Source: Rhodospirillales bacterium (GTDB lineage: Bacteria > Pseudomonadota > Alphaproteobacteria > Acetobacterales > Acetobacteraceae). Taken from it: a DNA stretch of 64,000 nt. This document shows, one piece after another, positions 57,428 through 64,000 of this stretch. A model generated the notes under the pieces. The model searched no databases. It was not told the origin of the DNA and saw nothing but the letters and a program-made list of their open reading frames with translations. The DNA is taken from assembly GCA_025352565.1 (NCBI GenBank), contig JANXTF010000024.1:6001-70000 (forward strand), in the 5' to 3' direction. The position numbers and the translations under genes were made by a program. How positions within the stretch are numbered: the stretch's first letter is position 1; the number at the start of each line of letters is the position of its first letter.

Positions 57428-59058
57428 CGCGCCAACGCCCACACCCACGTCCGCGTCAACGCCAACGTCCGCGCGCGCTGTGCGTCCGCGCGCGGCCAAG
57501 CCCGGCCGCGCCGCCTTTCATGGAACCGCTCATCGACGAATGGATCCGGGCACTGGCGCTGCACGCTGATCTGCGGATCGTGGACGGCGATTTCGATCTC
57601 GCGGAAGCCTGCGACATCCACCAGCCGGCCTTCATCGTCTACGAAGGCCTGAGCACGCTGCGTCCCCAGCCGCCGCGGATCGCCTCCGCGCATGCCTGCC
57701 CCACGATCCCGCGCGCGATCTTTCTCAACGTCGATCCGCATGACGCCATGCGCCCGCATATTTACCGCATGATCGAGGCCCTCGGGATCGAGGCGATCTT
57801 TGCCTATGATTCCGACCATGAGGAACAGATGCCGGAACTTGCCGGTATGACCTATTCGGCCAGCATGATGATCGACCCCGCGGTTCACCGCGATCTCGGG
57901 CTGGAAAAGCTCATTCCGATCAGCGTGTTCGGCGGCTGCGCCGAGCCGCGCTTCTATGCCTGGCGCGCGGCAACGATCCCGCTCCTGCGGATGCGTTTCC
58001 CGACGCTCGTGCATACCCATCCGGGTTACCGCGACACCCCGCCGCAGCCTTTCGCGATGCTTGGCGCAAGCTACGCCCGCCAGTTGAACCATAGTTGGTT
58101 CTCGCTCGCGGACTCCACCCGGCTCGACTACATGGTCCGCAAGCATCTGGAAATTCCTGGCTGCGGCGCAATCCTGATCGCACCCGCGAGCGCCGCTCTC
58201 GCCGATTACGGATTTGCCGACATGGTGAACTGCATCACCGGAAGCGGCAGCGATCTCACCGACAAGATCGCCGCCGTATCGGCCGATCCGGGCTCGTATG
58301 CGCGCATCAGGGAGGCCGGCCACCGCCTCGTGCACACGCGGCACACGCCAGGGCAGTGGCGCGGCATCGTCGATTGGTACGAGGCGCGCCGCCACGCGCG
58401 TCACGGCGAGACGGTGCGCCAGTTGGGGATGTTTGGAAACTTCGAGGTGGTCGCGGGATGCGATGCCGCGCGATGCGTCGGATTGCCAAACCGGCCGAAC
58501 CAGCTCACCACGATCCTGGCAGGCGCGCGCGAGGCGATCCTGACCGGCGGGGACCTCGTCGCGGCCGCGGCGCGCCTGCACGACGCCGCATCATGGCTCG
58601 GGCATCTCACGGAACCCTGGCTGTTGCTCGGCGTCATCCACCTATTGCGCGGCGACGCGGCGGAGGCGCGCGAATGTCTCGCACGTCCGGCAGCGATCCA
58701 GCTGCAGCGCCACGCGCCGCATATCGCAGCCGCGTCGGACCGGGTCTGTTTCGATCCGGTCGAACTCGCCTTCCTGATGTTGACGGCGGCACTGCTCGAT
58801 GACGAGGGGTTGATGCGCCTGGCCTATGACGAGGCCAATGGAGTGAACCATCTGGCGTTGCGCCGGATGTCGCGGCTGCTGGGGGACGAAAGCGATCGGG
58901 GTGGCGCGGACGATACGCGCGAGGCGGGCGACCGGCCCTCGATCCATTGGCTGGGCCAGGAGGATACCGCCACCTGGCGCGATCTCGTCGGCCGCGTCTT
59001 GCGTGCGCATCGGCGGGAAGTTCCGCATGCGGGATATCCTGCGGCGCTGGCGGCATGA
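57424..59058 (+). CDS. CgeB-like (Glyco_trans_1_2-type) putative glycosyltransferase with helical repeat C-terminal region
   Basis: The segment DYMVRKHLEIPGCGAILIAP...FADMVNCI...IREAGHRLVHTRHT resembles the CgeB/DUF3880 C-terminal GT domain. ATG 57424 makes an ATGA overlap; an alternative ATG lies at 57520. Confidence 0.5.
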   Translation: MTRQRPHPRPRQRQRPRALCVRARPSPAAPPFMEPLIDEWIRALALHADLRIVDGDFDLAEACDIHQPAFIVYEGLSTLRPQPPRIASAHACPTIPRAIFLNVDPHDAMRPHIYRMIEALGIEAIFAYDSDHEEQMPELAGMTYSASMMIDPAVHRDLGLEKLIPISVFGGCAEPRFYAWRAATIPLLRMRFPTLVHTHPGYRDTPPQPFAMLGASYARQLNHSWFSLADSTRLDYMVRKHLEIPGCGAILIAPASAALADYGFADMVNCITGSGSDLTDKIAAVSADPGSYARIREAGHRLVHTRHTPGQWRGIVDWYEARRHARHGETVRQLGMFGNFEVVAGCDAARCVGLPNRPNQLTTILAGAREAILTGGDLVAAAARLHDAASWLGHLTEPWLLLGVIHLLRGDAAEARECLARPAAIQLQRHAPHIAAASDRVCFDPVELAFLMLTAALLDDEGLMRLAYDEANGVNHLALRRMSRLLGDESDRGGADDTREAGDRPSIHWLGQEDTATWRDLVGRVLRAHRREVPHAGYPAALAA

Positions 59059-60155
59059 GCCCGTTTCCGCTCGCGGCCGGGCTGCCGTCGTTGCTTGCCT
59101 TCGCGGGAGAGTTCGGCGCCGAGGTGAATTCGTTCTTGCCGTTCGTGCATTGGCTGCATCTCGCGGGTCTGATGCGCGGGCGACGCATCCGCACCTATGC
59201 CGGGATGCGGCCCTTCTACTTTTTTCTGGAATCCGGGCAGATCGAGGAAGTGGCGACGCCGCGCCGCTACGTGCACCCGGCGGACCGGCCGCCTTGGCTG
59301 CCCAATCGCGACGATCACGCAGCCGCACGCAGCCCGTTCGAGGCGTTCCCCGATTACCGCCGCCAGTATCGCGGCGGGCTGTTCGGGGGCGGACGCGAGT
59401 TGCTGGTGATCCACAACAAGTTCACGCCGGAATGGAACGGGGCGCCGGTCAACTTCCTGCCGCGGGCTTTGCTCGCGCGATTGTTCGCAGCGCTTCAGGA
59501 GCGGTTCCAGATCGTCTATCTGCGTCCGGGGCTGCGCGGCACGCCGGCGGGATATTCGGCCGACCACCAATGCGACCTCGCATGGGACGACCACGAGGTG
59601 TTGCGCCGGTTTCCCGCGGTCGAGGCGTTCGACGATCTGGCCCAGGCGATGTCGGGATCGATGTCCTACAACGAGGCGAAGCTGCGTCTGTATGCCGAGA
59701 CGGCGTTCCACATCACGGTGCAGGGCGGCAACGCGCATCTGCTGTCGCTGTTCTCAGGCGGGTTGGCCGCGATCTATCATCGCGCCGGGCAGGAGTTGAG
59801 ACATTCGTATGCGCATGGTCACTTCGCGTATGCCTCCCGGCCGCCGCCGCGCTGGCTCATCTGCCGGGACGCGGGCGACCTGGAAAGATCGCTTCCGCTG
59901 TTCAGAGAAGGCGTGATGGTCGATGGCCAGCTGCTGGCGGAACCCGGGCACGCGAAACTCCTGGCCGCGCTATCGCCCTCGGCGCTACAGCGGCCGGACC
60001 GGATGATAGGCGCGGCCGTAATAGATCAGCCCCTCGTGGATGGAACCCTGGCGCACAGCGACGACCTCGCAGAACAGCACGCTGTGCGTGCCGATTTCGA
60101 TCATGCGATCCACACGGCAGTCGAATGCGACCGTTGCCTCATCGAGCACGGGTGA
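59055..60155 (+). CDS. Hypothetical protein, last gene of the sugar operon (no family recognised)
   Basis: ATGA overlap with the upstream stop and the same codon style. The last ~57 codons are antisense to the flavin reductase gene. Confidence 0.5.
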   Translation: MSPFPLAAGLPSLLAFAGEFGAEVNSFLPFVHWLHLAGLMRGRRIRTYAGMRPFYFFLESGQIEEVATPRRYVHPADRPPWLPNRDDHAAARSPFEAFPDYRRQYRGGLFGGGRELLVIHNKFTPEWNGAPVNFLPRALLARLFAALQERFQIVYLRPGLRGTPAGYSADHQCDLAWDDHEVLRRFPAVEAFDDLAQAMSGSMSYNEAKLRLYAETAFHITVQGGNAHLLSLFSGGLAAIYHRAGQELRHSYAHGHFAYASRPPPRWLICRDAGDLERSLPLFREGVMVDGQLLAEPGHAKLLAALSPSALQRPDRMIGAAVIDQPLVDGTLAHSDDLAEQHAVRADFDHAIHTAVECDRCLIEHG

Positions 60156-60482
60156 TCCCGTTGCCAGCACACTCCAGGACGCGGCGGCGAAGCGCATGTC
60201 CACGTCGCTTTCCACCTGGCCGCCGAACAACGGCGACAGGGATTGGTGCCCCGGCCCGAGCGTGTTCACGCACAGCACCTTGTTGACGGTGATAAGCGGA
60301 TGTGAATCGCTGGTGCGGTTGATGCACACGAGCAAGGTTGGAGGATCGTCGGTGACGCTGCACACGGCGGACGCGGTAAAGCCGCAGCGGCCGGCCGGCC
60401 CGTCGCTGGTGATGACGTTCACCGCAGCGCCGAAGCGCGCCATGGCTTCCCGATATTCCTGTTTCGTCACCATCGGGCCCAC
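59985..60482 (-). CDS. Flavin reductase family protein (FMN-binding split barrel, HpaC/RutF-like)
   Basis: FREAMARFGAAVNVITSDGPAGRCGFTASAVCSVTDDPPTLLVCINR. Confidence 0.82.
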   Translation of the reverse strand: MGPMVTKQEYREAMARFGAAVNVITSDGPAGRCGFTASAVCSVTDDPPTLLVCINRTSDSHPLITVNKVLCVNTLGPGHQSLSPLFGGQVESDVDMRFAAASWSVLATGSPVLDEATVAFDCRVDRMIEIGTHSVLFCEVVAVRQGSIHEGLIYYGRAYHPVRPL

Positions 60483-60623
60483 TCCGGCTAAGCATTGCTG
60501 CGGGAGAGACCATGCATCGGCCCCTCGCGAGGTGCAAACTCCGACCGGGACCCAGGCGGGGCAAAGGGGACGCCGCGATCGCTCGCGACGCCTCCTCCTC
60601 GCGCAGGGGAAGGAAGGGGAAGA

Positions 60624-60809
60624 TCAGCTCTTGTTCAACGCTTCCCGCGCCGTGTCTTTGGCCCCGCCGACGGTGCTCTCCATTTTGCCGACGGCCTTGT
60701 CGACCTTGCCCTCGGCCTGCAGCTTGGTGTCGCCGGTCAGCTTGCCGACGGTGTCCTTCACGGCACCCTTGGCCTGGTCGATGGCACCCGAAACTCGATC
60801 TTTGTCCAT
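60624..60809 (-). CDS. CsbD-family general stress protein (61 aa)
   Basis: DRVSGAIDQAKGAVKDTVGKLTGDTKLQAEGKVDKAVGK. Confidence 0.8.
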   Translation of the reverse strand: MDKDRVSGAIDQAKGAVKDTVGKLTGDTKLQAEGKVDKAVGKMESTVGGAKDTAREALNKS

Positions 60810-61043
60810 GAGAAATCCATTTTTCTGGTGGTTCGTGCTAAACGGTGAACACCGGCGCGGGTTGCCTCACGCGCAGTTTATGAAGCGCGCGTTGCCTTGG
60901 CCGGTGCCGATGGACTGTCCGCCCCAAAGTCTCACAGTCGGCGGCGGAAACGACAGCATCCTGATGCCTTGGGTTTTGCCCCGATGCGATATGCGATCGT
61001 GAGGTTCGACACCAACCCCCGGAAAGAACCAGCGGAGAAAACC

Positions 61044-61063
61044 AACGGAAAAGCTTTTCCGTT
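61044..61063. promoter_or_regulatory. Perfect 20-bp palindrome, candidate LacI-family operator
   Basis: aacggaaaagcttttccgtt equals its own reverse complement. It lies 74 nt upstream of the LacI-family start codon. Confidence 0.4.
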
Positions 61064-61136
61064 GCAAATCTTCGCTCCGTTATCTATTGTTCAAATGGGG
61101 GTAGCAGGTGATGGCCAGAGTTTGCGGCGGGGCGCG

Positions 61137-62183
61137 ATGCGACTGGTAACCATCCATGAGGTCGCCCGAAACGCCGGGGTGAGCATCGGCACGGTCTCGA
61201 AAGTGCTCAACAACCAGGGCCAACTTCGGGCGGAAACGCGGCTGCGCGTGCGAGCGGCCGCTGAACTGCTCGGGTTTCGGCCGAACGACCTGGCGCGGAG
61301 CCTGCACCGCAAGCGCACATTCACGATCGGCCTGGTCTCGAGCGACCGCTTCGGGCGGTTCAGCATCCCTCTGCTCGAAGGCATCGAGGACGCACTGGAT
61401 TCGGCCCGCGTGGCGGTGTTCCTCTGCAAGCCCACCGACGATCCCGCGCATGAGCGGAGGCATGTGGAATCGCTGCTGGCCAAGCGTGTCGACGGCCTTA
61501 TCGTAACCTCGCGCCGAACCGATCCGCGGCCGCCGCTCGATACGCTCGGGACGTCCGTGCCGGTGATATATGCCTACGCCCAAACCGCGGGTGCCGGCGC
61601 GACCTGCCTGTTGGCCGATGACGAGGGCGGCGGCTACCTGGCGGGCCGCCATTTGGTCGGGCTCGGCCGGACGCGCATCGCCCATATCACCGGGCCGGAG
61701 CGGTTCGCCGCCGTCCGCGAGCGGCGCGCCGGCCTGTCGCGCGCGCTTGCCGGCGCCCAGGTGCCGCTCGACCCGCGCCTGGCCTCGACGGGCCCCTGGA
61801 GCGAGGCGTGGGGCCGCGAGGCGGTCGGGCGCCTGCTCGATGCGGGGCCGCCGTTCGACGCCGTGTTCTGCGGCAGCGACCAGATCGCGCGCGGGGTGGC
61901 GGACTGCCTTCGCGAACGGGGCCTGAACGTGCCCGACGACGTGGCGATCGTCGGCTATGACAATTGGGAGATCGTCGCCGCCGCGACCCGGCCGCCGCTC
62001 ACCACGATCGATCCGTGCCTGCACGAACTTGGCCAAGCGGCGGCGTCGCGGCTGCTTGCCATGATCGACGGCGACCATGGCCCGGCCGCCACGCGCCACG
62101 TGGTTCGCCTGCCGTGCCGCCTGCTGGTCCGCGCCTCCTGCGGCGGCGGAAGCTCACTGAAAACGGCCGACAGAGCCGCGTAA
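61137..62183 (+). CDS. LacI-family transcriptional regulator
   Basis: HTH VTIHEVARNAGVSIGTVSKVLNN...RVRAAAELLGFRPNDLARSL plus a periplasmic-binding-fold sensor domain. Confidence 0.9.
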   Translation: MRLVTIHEVARNAGVSIGTVSKVLNNQGQLRAETRLRVRAAAELLGFRPNDLARSLHRKRTFTIGLVSSDRFGRFSIPLLEGIEDALDSARVAVFLCKPTDDPAHERRHVESLLAKRVDGLIVTSRRTDPRPPLDTLGTSVPVIYAYAQTAGAGATCLLADDEGGGYLAGRHLVGLGRTRIAHITGPERFAAVRERRAGLSRALAGAQVPLDPRLASTGPWSEAWGREAVGRLLDAGPPFDAVFCGSDQIARGVADCLRERGLNVPDDVAIVGYDNWEIVAAATRPPLTTIDPCLHELGQAAASRLLAMIDGDHGPAATRHVVRLPCRLLVRASCGGGSSLKTADRAA

Positions 62184-62199
62184 ACACATGGGAACAACG

Positions 62200-63447
62200 A
62201 TGAACACCATCAGGAAAAGCGTGCTTGGGTGGGCCGCCCTGGCCAGCATATGGTCGGGTGGCGCCAATGCCACCGAGATCTCGATGTGGGCCCGCGCGAC
62301 CACCGAGGCTTACTCGACCGCGATGGTCAAGGCGTTCAACGACACGCATGCCGACAAGGTCAGGCTGAACCTGATCCCGAACGAGCAGTTCGTCGCCAAG
62401 GTCGGCACCGCCATCGCCGGCGGCTCGGCGCCCGACCTGATGTCCATCGACCTCATCTACCTGCCGATTTTCGCGCGCGGCGAGCAGCTCGCCGACATCA
62501 CCGCGCAGGCCCACACGCTGCCGTTCTACGACAGCCTCAGCAAGTCGCATCTGCGACTTTCGACGTACGACAACAAGCTTTACGGACTGCCTTACAGCGC
62601 CGAAGCCTCGTTTCTGATGTACGACAAGTCGCTGTTCCGGCGCGCCGGGCTCGACCCTGAGGCGCCGCCGAAAAGCTGGGCGGAGATCCAGGCCGACGCG
62701 GAAAAGATCGCGGCGCTCGGCAACGGCGTCTATGGATTCTACTTCCCGGGCAACACCGCCGGCACCAACGTGTTCACCTTCCTGCCGTTGATCTGGGCGG
62801 CCGGCGGCGACATCCTGAGCGCGGACGGCTCGACCGCGACGCTGACCTCGCCCGCCGTCGCCGCGGCGCTCGGCTTCTACCGCGCGATGTGGGCGGCCAA
62901 GGTCATCCCCCCGTCCTCGCGCAACGACGGCGCGGAGAACACCATCGCGACACCCGCGAGCGGCAAAGTCGGCATGTGGCTGGGCGGCGCCTACACCATC
63001 ACCGGCGTGCGCCGCCTGTCGCCGAACATGGAGCTGGGCGCCACGTTCCTGCCGGGCGAGAAGCCGGGCCAGTGGGCATCGTTCGCGGGCGGCGACTCGA
63101 TCGCCATCCCGCGCGGCAGCAAGCAGCCCGGCATTGCCTGGGACTTCATCCGGTGGACGTTCTCGCCCGAGGTGCAGGTCGGCATCCTCGCGCACAACAA
63201 CGCCCTTCCGGTCCGCACCGATCTCGCAAAGAACGAATACAGCGAGAAAAACCCGCTCTACCTCGTCGCGGCCGAGGCAATGGCCAAGGGACGCACGCCG
63301 TACAGCTTCGTCTACAACGATCTGCTGAACAGCCCGCAAGGCCCGTTCCTGCGCATGCTGCAACGTGCCGTGTTCGATGGCGACGTGCCCGGCGCCGTCG
63401 CCGAGGCGCAGAAAAGGTTCCAGCAGATCATCGACACCGGCAACTAG
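62200..63447 (+). CDS. ABC sugar transporter substrate-binding protein (family 1)
   Basis: Signal peptide MNTIRKSVLGWAALASIW, then ISMWARA...GGSAPDLMSIDLIYLP... Confidence 0.85.
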   Translation: MNTIRKSVLGWAALASIWSGGANATEISMWARATTEAYSTAMVKAFNDTHADKVRLNLIPNEQFVAKVGTAIAGGSAPDLMSIDLIYLPIFARGEQLADITAQAHTLPFYDSLSKSHLRLSTYDNKLYGLPYSAEASFLMYDKSLFRRAGLDPEAPPKSWAEIQADAEKIAALGNGVYGFYFPGNTAGTNVFTFLPLIWAAGGDILSADGSTATLTSPAVAAALGFYRAMWAAKVIPPSSRNDGAENTIATPASGKVGMWLGGAYTITGVRRLSPNMELGATFLPGEKPGQWASFAGGDSIAIPRGSKQPGIAWDFIRWTFSPEVQVGILAHNNALPVRTDLAKNEYSEKNPLYLVAAEAMAKGRTPYSFVYNDLLNSPQGPFLRMLQRAVFDGDVPGAVAEAQKRFQQIIDTGN

Positions 63448-63457
63448 GGCGGCGGCG

Positions 63458-64000
63458 ATGCGCCGGCGCGGCTTGCAGGGATGGCTGTACGTGGCGCCCG
63501 CCTTGGGCCTCACCGGCGTGTTTTTCCTGTGGCCGCTGGCGATGGTCGCGTGGATCTCGGCGCATAACTGGCCGCTGATCGGCCGCCCCCGCTGGATCGG
63601 CTGGCGCAACTATGTCGCGGCCTTCGACGACGACGTGTTCCTCGACGCGATCCGCTTCACCGTCGCCTACGCCGCGATCATTACCCCGGTCCTGTTCGTC
63701 GTGGCGTTCGGCCTGGCGCTGCTTGCCAACGTCGAGCGTCGCGGCGTCGGGGTGTTCCGCACGGTCTGGTTCCTGCCCACGTCGATCGGGATCAGCACCG
63801 CGAGCGTGCTGTGGGTGTGGATGCTGAACGGCGATGTCGGCGTGTTCACCACCATCCTGAACGCGCTGGGGCTGGTGCATGGGCCGGTCCCATACCTCGA
63901 CAGCTCCATGGCGGCCACGGCCGCGGCGTCGAGCATGGTGGTCTGGAAGACGGCCGGGTTCACCATGATCCTGCTGCTGGTCGGCCTTCAAGGCATCCCG
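63458..64000 (+). CDS. ABC sugar transporter permease (MalF/UgpA-like), 3' end outside the window
   Basis: My translation from ATG 63458 gives MRRRGLQGWLYVAPALGLTGVFFLWPLAMV...FRTVWFLPTSIG...WKTAGFTMILLLVGLQGIP. The frame is open to the window end and is not in the ORF track because no stop is reached. Confidence 0.8.
   Translation, partial: MRRRGLQGWLYVAPALGLTGVFFLWPLAMVAWISAHNWPLIGRPRWIGWRNYVAAFDDDVFLDAIRFTVAYAAIITPVLFVVAFGLALLANVERRGVGVFRTVWFLPTSIGISTASVLWVWMLNGDVGVFTTILNALGLVHGPVPYLDSSMAATAAASSMVVWKTAGFTMILLLVGLQGIP

Overview
High-GC (roughly two-thirds G+C by eye) chromosomal segment. Its gene content and synteny (miaA-ilvIH-ilvC, serB, hflKC-degP, moaDE) look alphaproteobacterial, possibly Rhodospirillales/Acetobacteraceae-like; this is inference only. 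I recognised no rRNA, tRNA, CRISPR array, transposase, integrase or phage gene by eye. About 60 credible CDS are listed. Many very long ORFs in the track are antisense or out-of-frame artefacts of GC-rich DNA and were rejected. Housekeeping blocks alternate with four less ordinary regions. (1) 11.7-20.6 kb holds a tightly coupled minus-strand operon (ABC ATPase, fused permease, SDR, bicupin, cytochrome P450, thyX, ribokinase) with a divergent binding-protein gene. (2) 20.7-32.2 kb is a GntR-associated CoA-thioester catabolic island with two acyl-CoA dehydrogenases, a crotonase, an amidohydrolase/stand-alone Rieske/amidohydrolase triad, two family-III CoA-transferases, a 4-hydroxybutyrate-type CoA-transferase and an alpha/beta hydrolase. 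(3) 32.3-34.0 kb is a wreckage zone of in-frame chimeric gene fragments, including a decayed paralog of the P450, around an intact [2Fe-2S] ferredoxin. (4) 48.3-60.2 kb is a 12-gene cutC-led sugar-nucleotide tailoring operon with two Gfo/Idh/MocA oxidoreductases, an SDR, two DegT aminotransferases, a hexapeptide acyltransferase, a sulfotransferase, a WbmS-like deacetylase, a FemAB-like transferase, a CgeB-like glycosyltransferase and an orphan protein. It has no exporter, polymerase or initiating transferase. Three separate in-frame 15-bp (pentapeptide) tandem arrays lie inside coding regions. All family assignments come from motif recognition and memory; no searches were run. Start codons are best guesses, and coordinates around 45.4-45.6 kb may be off by about 1 nt.
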